DNA of 64,000 nt from Victivallaceae bacterium. Its GTDB lineage: Bacteria; Verrucomicrobiota; Lentisphaeria; Victivallales; Victivallaceae. Where the stretch lies: NCBI GenBank assembly GCA_045654705.1, contig JAZONY010000001.1, positions 2,156-66,155 of the forward strand, written 5' to 3'. The position numbers and the translations under genes are program-made. The stretch's first letter is position 1. Each line of letters opens with the position of its first letter. The notes below the pieces were generated by a model. The model made no database searches. It saw only the letters and a program-made list of their open reading frames with translations, and was not told the origin of the DNA. Positions 1-9,095 of this stretch are shown here, in pieces.

Positions 1-1
1 T

Positions 2-250
2 GTCATCGACGGTCAAGTCTCTCTGGTGGATGAGGTGCTGACTCCTGACTCCAGCCGTTTCTGGCTGGCTTCAGAATATCAGGTGGGCTGCAGCCCCGTC
101 AGTCTGGACAAACAGTTTGTCCGTGACTATCTGGAAACTCTCGACTGGGATAAACAGGCTCCCGGTCCCGAACTGCCCGCCGATGTGGTCAAAAAAACCA
201 CAGCGAAATATCTTGAGGCTTACCGTATGCTTACGGGCAAGTCCCTCTGA
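2..250 (+). CDS. purC: SAICAR synthase (phosphoribosylaminoimidazole-succinocarboxamide synthase), C-terminal fragment; 5' end lies outside the window
   Basis: The frame is open from nt 2. The sequence ...[14 protein letters not shown]...[11 protein letters not shown]...LP.DVV..T..KYLEAY matches the PurC C-terminus. A terminator follows. Confidence 0.8.
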   Translation, partial: VIDGQVSLVDEVLTPDSSRFWLASEYQVGCSPVSLDKQFVRDYLETLDWDKQAPGPELPADVVKKTTAKYLEAYRMLTGKSL

Positions 251-272
251 GACCCATTCCGGGCAATATCTG

Positions 273-298
273 AAAGCGGCGGTTTTCCGCCGCTTTTA
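273..298 (+). terminator. Intrinsic terminator after purC
   Basis: Stem AAGCGGCGG, loop TTTT, stem CCGCCGCTT, followed by a T-run. Confidence 0.8.
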
Positions 299-325
299 AT
301 CTTTCAAGCGGAAAAGTTTTAAAAA

Positions 326-1135
326 ATGATTGAAGCGATCTCTCAATTCTCCACATTTCAAATCGTCATTCTCTGTATCAGCGCACTGCTGATCGGTATC
401 AACAAAACAGCGCTTCCCGGTATCGGGATCCTGCCTGTGGTGCTGCTGGCAAACAGCTTTGATGCACGTCTTTCAACGGGTATGCAGCTGCTGATGCTCG
501 CCTGGGCGGACATTATGGCGGTGATCTATTTCCGCCGCAGTGCTGATTGGAAACTCATCCTGCGTCTACTTCCCTGGTCCCTGAGCGGTCTTGCCATCGG
601 CTGGTGGCTTCTGAGCTACATCCCCCCCGAAAACACCACTGCCATGAAACTGCTCATCGGCTGGATCGTTATCGGACTGCTCATATTGAATTTCGTCCGC
701 AAACGCCTCAACCCGGATAAGATCCCCTCAGGAATGCTGCCCTCGGCCTTTTACGGCTCTCTCATGGGAAGCACCACCATGCTTGCCAATGCGGCAGGTC
801 CCATTTCCGCCATCTATCTGCTTTCCATGAAGCTCACCAAAGAACAGTACATGGGCAGCGGCGCATGGCTTTTCATGATCGTCAACTGGATCAAACTGCC
901 CATGTTCTGGTATCAGGGACGCATCACAAAAGAGATATTGCTCCTCGACCTCTGGATGATCCCTCTGCTCATCGCAGGAGGATTCCTGGGCATCATCCTT
1001 TTCAAGAAACTGCCTCAGGCGATTTTTGAAAAGATCGTCACCGTACTGGTGGTCATTGCGGCACTCAAGATGGTTCTCGGTCCCGTCATTGATCCCTGGC
1101 TCACCCCGATCCTTGAACGCTGCCTGGGGATGTGA
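326..1135 (+). CDS. TSUP (TauE/SafE, DUF81) family membrane permease
   Basis: 269-aa multi-TM protein. The N-terminal LLIGINKTALPGIGILPVVLL segment and a second similar half are typical of TauE/SafE anion exporters. Confidence 0.65.
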   Translation: MIEAISQFSTFQIVILCISALLIGINKTALPGIGILPVVLLANSFDARLSTGMQLLMLAWADIMAVIYFRRSADWKLILRLLPWSLSGLAIGWWLLSYIPPENTTAMKLLIGWIVIGLLILNFVRKRLNPDKIPSGMLPSAFYGSLMGSTTMLANAAGPISAIYLLSMKLTKEQYMGSGAWLFMIVNWIKLPMFWYQGRITKEILLLDLWMIPLLIAGGFLGIILFKKLPQAIFEKIVTVLVVIAALKMVLGPVIDPWLTPILERCLGM

Positions 1136-1137
1136 TC

Positions 1138-2400
1138 ATGTCAAAAACGTCAACTCATGTGCGGGTGTTCCTCATGCTGGGCATGGGGGTCATGCTCTAT
1201 TTTTTCGCCAACTTCCAGCGTGTGGCGATTCCCGGTGCCATCTTCGATGAACTGCAAAGCGATCTCAATGTGGGAGCCAAATACATTACCGCATTGAGTT
1301 CCATGTTCATGTACATCTACGCCGCAGGACAGCTCTTTGCCGGACTTCTTGCCGACCGTTACGGCGGCGAAAGGGTCATCACCTTCGGTGCGCTGCTCTT
1401 TTGTCTGGGATCGCTGATTTTCCCCTTCTGCACCACACTGCCTTTGCTTTACTTCTGCCGTTTTCTGGTGGGCATGGGAGCAAGTGCCATTTATTTGAGT
1501 CTGGTCAAGATCCTCGCCACCCGGTTCCCCAAAAAGTTCCCCGTTCTCCTGGGATTCTTTCTGCTCTGGGGATATGCGGGGGGCGTGGTGGCGACAGCAC
1601 CTTTTGTCTTCATCGTCAAGGAACTTTCATGGCGGACAGCTCTGATCATTTTCGGAGCAGCTTCTCTTGTGAGCTATCTGCTCTTTGTGGGGTCAAAATA
1701 TCTGGTCAAGCTCCCCCGTGTGACCAACACGCCCTTCTCGTTCCGTGTTTTCGGTGAACTTCTCAAGCGCAAGCACAACCGCAACATCATCATCTATTCC
1801 GCCTGCAGTTTCGGAACATACTACTGTATCCACACCGTCATCGGCAAAAAGTTCCTCGAAGACTTCTGCCGTCTTTCCACGGAAACTGCCGCAACCTACA
1901 TCATGGGTCTGAGCATCCTTGCCTCCATCAGTGCCTTCTGCATGGCTCTGGTCAGCCAGTTTTTCGGCGGCCGCCGCAAGATCTTTCTGGTGATAGCGGG
2001 CTGCGTGGCAGTCCTTGCATACGGCGTCATCGTGCTGGCACTCTGCTTCAACTGGCGGACGCCTTATCTCGTGTTCCTGCTCTTTGCCGTGGCATGGTTC
2101 GCCAATCAGGGGACCATTTCCGTCCCCACCATGAAAGACACCAACGTTCCCGAAGCCATGGGCGCCATCGTCAGCCTCTGCAACGGGACCGTCTATCTTA
2201 TGGTGGCACTGCTGAGCAACGCCGTGGGCTTGCTTCTGGATATGTTTGAACCTGTCAGAAACGGCAATGTTCTGATCTACACCAACAACTCCTACCTTGC
2301 GGTCTTCATTCTCTTCCTGCTCCTGAGCGTCTGCACACTGTATAACGCCTGCCGTCTCAGAGACACCCGTGGCGAGAATGTGGCTTCAACAACCCCCTGA
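1138..2400 (+). CDS. MFS transporter
   Basis: About 12 hydrophobic segments. The loop motif GLLADRYGGERV is MFS signature-like. ATG 1138 has GGGGA 7 nt upstream; an alternative GTG at 1132 overlaps the upstream stop codon. Confidence 0.7.
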   Translation: MSKTSTHVRVFLMLGMGVMLYFFANFQRVAIPGAIFDELQSDLNVGAKYITALSSMFMYIYAAGQLFAGLLADRYGGERVITFGALLFCLGSLIFPFCTTLPLLYFCRFLVGMGASAIYLSLVKILATRFPKKFPVLLGFFLLWGYAGGVVATAPFVFIVKELSWRTALIIFGAASLVSYLLFVGSKYLVKLPRVTNTPFSFRVFGELLKRKHNRNIIIYSACSFGTYYCIHTVIGKKFLEDFCRLSTETAATYIMGLSILASISAFCMALVSQFFGGRRKIFLVIAGCVAVLAYGVIVLALCFNWRTPYLVFLLFAVAWFANQGTISVPTMKDTNVPEAMGAIVSLCNGTVYLMVALLSNAVGLLLDMFEPVRNGNVLIYTNNSYLAVFILFLLLSVCTLYNACRLRDTRGENVASTTP

Positions 2401-2418
2401 TTTTCCGGCGGTGAAGAG

Positions 2419-2447
2419 TTGACAAAAAGCGTTTTTTGTGCTATCTT
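2419..2447 (+). promoter_or_regulatory. Sigma70-type promoter upstream of argB
   Basis: TTGACA-N17-TATCTT. Confidence 0.6.
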
Positions 2448-2490
2448 ATAGACAAAACAAGTTCCATTTAATTCCGGAGGAAAAATCATT

Positions 2491-3372
2491 ATGCAGATCA
2501 CTGACAAAGCCGGCGTCCTGGTCGAAGCCCTGCCCTATATCCAGAAATTCCGCAACTCCATCATGGTCGTCAAGTTCGGCGGCAGTGCCATGGAGGATGA
2601 AGAGCTGGTCCGGGGGACCATGCGTGACATCGTCATGCTCGAAGCTATCGGTATCCGTCCCGTGGTGGTCCACGGCGGCGGCAAAGCCATTTCAGCCGCC
2701 CTCAAAGAACAGGGGATCCCTGTCAAATTCGTCAACGGTCTGCGTTACACCTGCGGTCAGACCATCGGAGTCGTGGATGATGTGCTTCACAAAGTCAACG
2801 CTCATCTGGTGGAACTGGGCAAAGAATTCGGCGGTCCTGTCTGCGGCATTTCCGGCAAACAGATCCTCAAAGCCAAGCGGACTCTTTCCACCGATCCCGC
2901 CACCGGCGCCCAGGAAGATGTGGGTTTCGTGGGCGAAGTCACCGGCGTTGACGTGACGGCGATCATGGAAGCTCTTGCCAAAGGTCAGACCCCCATCCTC
3001 ACCCCTCTGGGTACCGGACTTGACGGTCAGATCTACAACATCAATGCCGACACCGCCGCCTGTAAGATCGCTGAAGCGCTCCACGCCAGAAAGCTGGTCT
3101 TTATGAGCGACGTCCCCGGAATCCTTGCCGACAAGGAAGATGAAAGCTCTGTCATCGAAACCATCAAAACCGACGAAATCGACAAACTGATCGCTGACGG
3201 AACTCTTTCCGGCGGTATGCTCCCCAAGATCGCCAGCTGCGTTTCAGCCCTCAACGCCGGTATCAACAAGGTCCACATGATCGACGGACGCAAACGCCAT
3301 ACGCTGCTTCTTGAGATCTTCACCGACACAGGTATCGGAACCCAGATCGTCCGTCCGGACTCCATGATGTAA
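2491..3372 (+). CDS. argB: Acetylglutamate kinase
   Basis: Motifs VVKFGGSAM, VVVHGGG and YNINAD of the amino-acid kinase fold. GGAGG RBS is present. Confidence 0.9.
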   Translation: MQITDKAGVLVEALPYIQKFRNSIMVVKFGGSAMEDEELVRGTMRDIVMLEAIGIRPVVVHGGGKAISAALKEQGIPVKFVNGLRYTCGQTIGVVDDVLHKVNAHLVELGKEFGGPVCGISGKQILKAKRTLSTDPATGAQEDVGFVGEVTGVDVTAIMEALAKGQTPILTPLGTGLDGQIYNINADTAACKIAEALHARKLVFMSDVPGILADKEDESSVIETIKTDEIDKLIADGTLSGGMLPKIASCVSALNAGINKVHMIDGRKRHTLLLEIFTDTGIGTQIVRPDSMM

Positions 3373-3394
3373 CAGTGACAAAAGGCATGGTCTC

Positions 3395-3925
3395 ATGGGC
3401 AAGGCACTGATCTTTTGCGGGATCAAGCACTGCGGAAAAAGCACTCTCGGCAAAGCCCTTGCGGCGCTGCTGAAAGTGCCTTTCACCGACACGGACGAAC
3501 TGCTGGAAGAAAAATATCAATGCAGCTGCCGTGAACTTTTCAAACAGAAAGGCGAAGAGGAGTTCCGCCGTCTTGAAAGCGAACTTTTAAGCGCACTCCC
3601 CCCTGCTGAAAAGGTGGAGATCATCTCTCTCGGCGGCGGAGCTTTGCTCAAAGATGCCAATTTCCCCATCTTGCAGAGATTGGGCAGCATCATCTGGATC
3701 GACGTGGATGATATCACCGCCTTTGAGCGTATCTCACGGAACGGTCTGCCCCCCTTTCTGGCAGGTGCCCCCGCCCCTTTTGCGGTGTTCAGGAAACGCA
3801 ACGCCCTGCGGCGGCAGCTCTTTGAAAAAGCCGCCTCTTTGCGGTTTGAAGCCCGAAGCACCCTCGCCCCCCGTGACAATGCCATTGCCCTCAGGGAGCT
3901 TCTTATTGAAAAAGGTATGATCTGA
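3395..3925 (+). CDS. aroK: Shikimate kinase
   Basis: 176-aa protein with P-loop CGIKHCGKST and DTDELLE. It lies 2 nt upstream of aroC. Confidence 0.75.
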   Translation: MGKALIFCGIKHCGKSTLGKALAALLKVPFTDTDELLEEKYQCSCRELFKQKGEEEFRRLESELLSALPPAEKVEIISLGGGALLKDANFPILQRLGSIIWIDVDDITAFERISRNGLPPFLAGAPAPFAVFRKRNALRRQLFEKAASLRFEARSTLAPRDNAIALRELLIEKGMI

Positions 3926-3927
3926 AA

Positions 3928-4968
3928 ATGAGCAGCAACACATTCGGAACGCTTTTCAAAGTCACCACATTCGGGGAATCCCACGGCCCCGCTATCGGCG
4001 CAGTCGTTGACGGTATGCCCGCCGGGATCGCCATAGATCAGGGATTCATCCAGCAGGAGCTTGACCGGCGTCGCCCCGGAGGCGGTGCGGCAGGTTCCAC
4101 CCACCGCAAAGAAAGCGATACCGTGGAGATCCTTTCCGGTGTTTTTGAAGGCAAAAGCACCGGAACCCCCATTGGTTTGCTCATCCGCAACAGCGACCAG
4201 CACAGCAAGGATTATTCTGAACTCAAAGATCTCTTCCGGCCCGGTCACGCCGACTGGGGATTCCATGCCAAGTACGGGTTCCGGGATTACCGGGGCGGCG
4301 GCAGATCCTCAGGCAGAGAGACCGCCTGTCGTGTGGCGGCAGGTGCCCTGGCAAAACTTTTTCTTGCATCTGCCACCCCTGTAAAAATCACCGCCTATAC
4401 CCTTGAAGTTGGAGGCGTTGCCGTTGAGAAGATCGACCTTGACGAGATCAACACCAATCCCCTCCGCGCCCCCGACAACGCCGCCGCACTCAAGATGGCG
4501 GAACGCATCGAAACATGCCGCCGTGAACTCGACAGCTGCGGCGGTATCGTGGAGTGCCGCATCACCGGAGTCCCCGCCGGTTGGGGCGAAGGGGTTTTCG
4601 ACAAATTGGATGCCCTTCTTGCCCATGCCATATTTTCCATCGGTGCCGTCAAAGGCTTCACCGTCGGCAGCGGTTTTGAAGCGGCAAAAGTGACAGGCTC
4701 CGTCAACAACTCCGCCCCCGGTGCCGCAGGCGGCATCAGAGGAGGCATTTCAGACGGTGAAACCATCGTTTTTCAGGCAGCGGTGAAACCGACGCCCTCC
4801 ATCGGTCAGGAGCAGTCCATGCCCGGTACCGACGGCGCCATGCACCGTTTTGCCATCAAAGGCAGGCACGATGTCTGCATCGTCCCCCGGGTCGTCCCCG
4901 TGGTCGAGGCGATGGCGGCGATCGTTCTTGCGGATTGTGCGCTCCGCCAGAGATGCGCGGTTATCTGA
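3928..4968 (+). CDS. aroC: Chorismate synthase
   Basis: Motifs TTFGESHGPAIG, RRRPGG, GGGRSSGRETA and GGISDGE are present. Confidence 0.9.
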   Translation: MSSNTFGTLFKVTTFGESHGPAIGAVVDGMPAGIAIDQGFIQQELDRRRPGGGAAGSTHRKESDTVEILSGVFEGKSTGTPIGLLIRNSDQHSKDYSELKDLFRPGHADWGFHAKYGFRDYRGGGRSSGRETACRVAAGALAKLFLASATPVKITAYTLEVGGVAVEKIDLDEINTNPLRAPDNAAALKMAERIETCRRELDSCGGIVECRITGVPAGWGEGVFDKLDALLAHAIFSIGAVKGFTVGSGFEAAKVTGSVNNSAPGAAGGIRGGISDGETIVFQAAVKPTPSIGQEQSMPGTDGAMHRFAIKGRHDVCIVPRVVPVVEAMAAIVLADCALRQRCAVI

Positions 4969-4999
4969 AACCACTACACTCAGAGAGAGAGAAAGGTGA

Positions 5000-6802
5000 A
5001 TGACTATGAAACTTGCTAAACTTACCGACTCCGGATTCCATGTGGGAGCAAAACGTTATAAACTGAACCTTTACGACGGCATCGAAGCTGCCAGACTTTT
5101 TTTGCGGAACTCCACTCAGGAGTATTGGTTCTCCCCCAGCGTTGCCGTGAACTGTGTCAACCGCTGTGACGAACTCGCCGCCTTTGAAAAGTGGCAGAAA
5201 GAGGAACGCAAAGACGCCGTCATTTTCACCCGTTCCGAAAAATCCGTCCTCTGGAAACAGAAAAAGACCACCATCATCTGCAAAGAGGACTCCATTGAGG
5301 TTTTCGGCACCGTCGAGGGCAGCGGCACTGTGGAGGATGTGCGCTTTTTCCGCAGCTGTTTCAACAAGGTGGAATACGGCTTTGCCGGGGAATTCGACGA
5401 AGTCATCAACACCGCCCCCAACTTCCACAGCAAGATCTTCTATCACCCCGTGGAAAGTTTTTCCACCTCTTTCGGCGAAGATCTGACTCCCGCCGTGGGC
5501 GGTCAGGCTCTGGCAAGCTGCTGCAGCTGCATCGGTCTGCGTGACCGGACCGAAAGAAAATATATTTCCGCAGGTGCAGCCGCTCTCCCCGGGGAATACA
5601 CCTGGGACAGTTTCCGCTGGAACCCCATGCCCCTCATGCCCCCCACAAGCTACATCGGCGACCAGATGAAAGCCGGTGGATTCGCTTTGGAATATGCAGG
5701 CAAAAAGAGTATTGCAGATCACTGGGAAACCCCCCGGCTGATTCTGGGATTCTGCGACAGCTGTAACGATATTCTGCCCACATATTTAAATCTCTGCTAT
5801 GAAAGAAACTATCTGCCCAAGCCCCACCGCCGCCGCATCCAGAACTGGTGGCGCAGCCCCATCTACTGCACCTGGCATGATCAGGTCGCCGCTGCCATGA
5901 TGGATAAAAACAACTACCTGGGTCACAACGGCCCTCACGCCAGAGAGTTCTGCACCGAAGAGCTGGTGGAGGAGTGGCTGGCAGAACTCATCAACCATGA
6001 CTGCAAACCGGGCATCCTTATTCTGGATGACAAGTGGCAGCTCAATCTGAACGATGCCGATCCCGATACCGACAAGTTCCCCGACATGCGCCGGTGGATC
6101 GAAAAATGCCATCAGAGAGGCATCAAGGTCTTTCTCTGGACCGCCGCATGGAACAATGACAATATCCCCCTTGACGAAGCCATCACCCGTGACGGCAAGG
6201 TGATTTGCGGCGATATCACCAATCCTAAATATGAAGCACGCTTCCGTGAAATGATCCGCCGCTACTTCTCTGATGCCGAAGACGGTCTCAACGCCGACGG
6301 CGTGAAAATGGATGGACTCCTCGGACTGCCCATCGGTGCGGGATTGAAAAACCATGAGGACCTCTGGGGGCTGGAGCTGCAGAAACGTTATCTGGATATC
6401 CTTTATGAAACCGCCCACCAGACTAAAAAAGATGTCTGTGTCAGCACCTATGTCGCCAATCCCTATCTGGCGGACACCAGCGACATGGTCCGTCTCGCCG
6501 ACATGTATCACGGCCGTCTCACCACCCGCCGTGCCATGAAGGAACGGGCTGAAGTTTACAGCTACACCATGCCCCATACCCTCATCGACACCGACGGACA
6601 GTTCAATTTCAGTTCCATGGAACATGTTTCCGAACTGATGGCTGACCAGATGAAACTGGGTATCCCCACCGTCTACAACGGAAAACTTGTGCGACAGAAC
6701 CGTTTCTTCATGCCCGTCAACTACCGGGAAATGACTGAGGAAGATTACGCCATCATCTCACGGGCGTTCAAGATCCAGCGCAAAAACAACGGTCTCAAGT
6801 GA
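5000..6802 (+). CDS. Hypothetical glycoside-hydrolase-like protein (GH36 / raffinose-synthase-like TIM barrel)
   Basis: The sequence has WWRSPIYCTW, ILILDDKWQ and ADGVKMDG, which resemble the clan GH-D motifs (GWCSW, DDGWQ, GVKVD). There is no signal peptide. Confidence 0.45.
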   Translation: MTMKLAKLTDSGFHVGAKRYKLNLYDGIEAARLFLRNSTQEYWFSPSVAVNCVNRCDELAAFEKWQKEERKDAVIFTRSEKSVLWKQKKTTIICKEDSIEVFGTVEGSGTVEDVRFFRSCFNKVEYGFAGEFDEVINTAPNFHSKIFYHPVESFSTSFGEDLTPAVGGQALASCCSCIGLRDRTERKYISAGAAALPGEYTWDSFRWNPMPLMPPTSYIGDQMKAGGFALEYAGKKSIADHWETPRLILGFCDSCNDILPTYLNLCYERNYLPKPHRRRIQNWWRSPIYCTWHDQVAAAMMDKNNYLGHNGPHAREFCTEELVEEWLAELINHDCKPGILILDDKWQLNLNDADPDTDKFPDMRRWIEKCHQRGIKVFLWTAAWNNDNIPLDEAITRDGKVICGDITNPKYEARFREMIRRYFSDAEDGLNADGVKMDGLLGLPIGAGLKNHEDLWGLELQKRYLDILYETAHQTKKDVCVSTYVANPYLADTSDMVRLADMYHGRLTTRRAMKERAEVYSYTMPHTLIDTDGQFNFSSMEHVSELMADQMKLGIPTVYNGKLVRQNRFFMPVNYREMTEEDYAIISRAFKIQRKNNGLK

Positions 6803-7956
6803 AAAAGAAAAGAAAAATCTGGATCTTCGCCGGTGAAAGTTCAGGCGATATGTACGGCGCACAGCTGGGTGACGAGCTGCGCCGTATCGCCGCTGCCCGG
6901 AATGAGGAGGTGGAGCTTTCTGGTATGGGCGGCAAAGCCATGATCGCTTCCGGGATCCCGGTCAAGGTGGACTCCACCGAACTGGGAGTCATGGGCGTCG
7001 TTGAAGTGGCAAAGCTGCTCTTCAAATTCATCGCCATCTACATCCAACTGGTGAAAGCGGCAAAAAAAGAACGCCCTGAAACGGTGGTCCTCATCGACTA
7101 CCCCGGCTTCAATCTGCTTTACGCCCTTGCCATGTATTTTCTCAAGATCAAGGTGGTGTGGTACATCGCCCCCCACTTGTGGATCTGGGGCAAATGGCGG
7201 CTGCCGGTCCTTGCGAAAATCTGTACCAAAGTGCTGGTCATATTCCCCTTTGAGGTGGAAGTTTTCAGCAAAACGGCACTGAAAGCCACCTTTACCGGAC
7301 ACCCCCTCATCGACATCATGGCAGAGAAAAAAGATCCCTCCATCCCCCGGGATCCCGATCTGGTGCTGCTGCTCCCCGGGAGCCGTGCCGGTGAAATCAG
7401 CCGTATGCTGCCGGTGATGCTGGAGTCCCTCAACGAGCTGAAAGAACGGAACCCCCAACTGAAGTTCCGTCTTTCCGCCCCCCGTGAAAAAATCGCCGTC
7501 CAGTGCCGTTCTCTCATCGAAGCGTTCCGCAGAAAAAAAACGCTCCCTGAGATCGAAATTTCAGTGGGCGACACCAACTACTGCCAGCAGCATGCGGGAA
7601 CCGGTATCGCCGCCTGCGGAACTGTCACCGTCGAAAGTGCCATCATGGGACTGCCCCTGCTTGTGGGCTACCGTCTGGGTTTCATCAACTATCTGGCGAT
7701 GCTGCCCACGGTGCGGCCTTTCAGGGGATTTATCACCATGACCAACATCATCGACAACAGTCCGGTGTGTCCTGAATTCATCCAGTACGACTTCAAAAAG
7801 TCCAACATCGTCCCTGCCCTTGAATCCATTCTTCCGGGCGGCGTCCGCCGTGACTCCACCCTCGAAGGGATGAAACGGGTAACGCAGATGCTCAGCGAAG
7901 GCAACAACGGCCGCAGCGCCGTCGCCCGAGCCGCCGAAGAGATCTATTCGGCGTAA
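6799..7956 (+). CDS. lpxB: Lipid-A-disaccharide synthase
   Basis: The N-terminal IFAGESSGDMYGAQL motif and the 385-aa length fit LpxB. The GTG start overlaps the upstream stop codon. Confidence 0.85.
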   Translation: MKKKRKIWIFAGESSGDMYGAQLGDELRRIAAARNEEVELSGMGGKAMIASGIPVKVDSTELGVMGVVEVAKLLFKFIAIYIQLVKAAKKERPETVVLIDYPGFNLLYALAMYFLKIKVVWYIAPHLWIWGKWRLPVLAKICTKVLVIFPFEVEVFSKTALKATFTGHPLIDIMAEKKDPSIPRDPDLVLLLPGSRAGEISRMLPVMLESLNELKERNPQLKFRLSAPREKIAVQCRSLIEAFRRKKTLPEIEISVGDTNYCQQHAGTGIAACGTVTVESAIMGLPLLVGYRLGFINYLAMLPTVRPFRGFITMTNIIDNSPVCPEFIQYDFKKSNIVPALESILPGGVRRDSTLEGMKRVTQMLSEGNNGRSAVARAAEEIYSA

Positions 7957-8142
7957 GTGACGGATTTGTGGGATCTGCACTCAAGATATTCCTCCCCTTT
8001 ATCAAGACAGGAAGAGGGGGCAAGAATGGGCAAAAGAAAATAAAAAAAGCTCAACTGTTGCAAAATCTTCGACTGGTCTTTCACAATCTTTCCCGGACTA
8101 CCGAGGGCTTCCCGGCGATGAGAAACTCATCGCAAGTGCCGC

Positions 8143-8170
8143 TTTACAATCTGTTAAGCATAGCTATAAT
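8143..8170 (+). promoter_or_regulatory. Strong sigma70-type promoter inside the lpxB / 5-FCL gap
   Basis: TTTACA-N16-TATAAT, about 290 nt upstream of the GTG at 8465. Confidence 0.55.
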
Positions 8171-8366
8171 ATAGCACCTCGTAATATTGTTGTCAAGAGT
8201 GCCGTCAAAAAATTGCTAAAATTATTGACGAGCCGGAACATGGGCGCAGCTCGCTGAAACAACAGCTTTTCCTCTTGAAACAAGCTCTTTTCCGGCTGTG
8301 AAAGAGGGCGGGGAAAAATATTTTTCACTTTTTTTGAAAAAAAGTCAAATTTGACCTTTAATTAGC

Positions 8367-8409
8367 AATGATATGGTGTTATATTTAGTAATGATACTGT
8401 GTAATGATA
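8367..8409 (+). repeat. Three direct AATGATA repeats upstream of the 5-FCL gene
   Basis: AATGATA occurs at 8367, 8390 and 8403; the second and third copies read GTAATGATA. An adjacent inverted repeat ATATCC-N7-GGATAT lies at 8407-8425. Confidence 0.5.
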
Positions 8410-8464
8410 TCCGGTAACAGGATATTGAAACTCAGGTCAAAGATTCAAATAAGAGGTTTTTTTC

Positions 8465-9037
8465 GTGGAACAGCAGTCCGATCAGGAAAAATCCGGTCTG
8501 CGCCGCCTTTACAATGCCCGGAGAAAGGAACTTGACCTTCAACGGCAAAAGGAGTGCAGCAGGAAAATCTGTGCCGCTATCAGGGAACTTCCTGTTTTTC
8601 AGGAAACAGAGTGCGCCGCATTCTTCATCCCCTGGGGGGCAGAACCCGATTTGAGAGAGCTGTTTTCCGGAAAGCGCACGTTCCTGCCCCGTTTTTCAGC
8701 GGAGCTTGAGGGATATGAAATGGTGGAGATCACCAATTTGGAAAAAGATTTACTTCCCGGTAAATACGGTATACCGGAGCCCGCGCCGGAACTTCCTGCG
8801 GCGGCACCGGAACTCATCAGGGAAGATTTGCTTTTTTTCGTTCCGGCTGTGGCCTGTTCAAGAACGGGCGTCAGACTGGGACGGGGCGGCGGATTTTATG
8901 ACCGGCTCCTTGCCGGGGTGAAAAAAACGCCCGTCGCTGTGATCTACTCCTGCCAACTTGCCCCCTCGCTGCCGTGCGCCTGTCATGATCTTCCAATGGG
9001 GATCATCGTGACAGAAAACGAAGTGTTGTATTGTTGA
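8465..9037 (+). CDS. 5-formyltetrahydrofolate cyclo-ligase
   Basis: 190-aa protein with the C-terminal GVRLGRGGGFYDR motif. It has a GTG start with AAGAGG upstream. Confidence 0.8.
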   Translation: MEQQSDQEKSGLRRLYNARRKELDLQRQKECSRKICAAIRELPVFQETECAAFFIPWGAEPDLRELFSGKRTFLPRFSAELEGYEMVEITNLEKDLLPGKYGIPEPAPELPAAAPELIREDLLFFVPAVACSRTGVRLGRGGGFYDRLLAGVKKTPVAVIYSCQLAPSLPCACHDLPMGIIVTENEVLYC

Positions 9038-9095
9038 AAGCACTGCGTTGCCGATAACAGGACCGCCGTGCCGGAAAAAAAGTGAGGAAAAGAAA

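Noticed and set aside
7968-8174. 68-aa ORF in the lpxB / 5-FCL gap
   Set aside because: It has no RBS and a Lys-rich low-complexity sequence, and it overlaps the predicted promoter. It is probably non-coding.
8177-8335. Confident call of a 6S RNA gene
   Set aside because: The synteny with the 5-FCL gene and the transcript size fit. However, I could not find the extended 5'/3' closing stem and central bubble expected for 6S RNA. I therefore keep it only as a hypothesis in the findings.
9048-9095. Longer N-termini given by the ORF track for rny (9048), folC (18007), rseP (44030), alaS (51101), the kinase (51198), the 33396 ORF, the 26753 ORF, the 31177-33363 ORF and the GlpA-like gene (55765)
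   Set aside because: In each case a downstream ATG has a better RBS, an ATGA overlap with the upstream gene, or a promoter located inside the proposed extension. The extensions also add non-homologous residues ahead of conserved N-termini.
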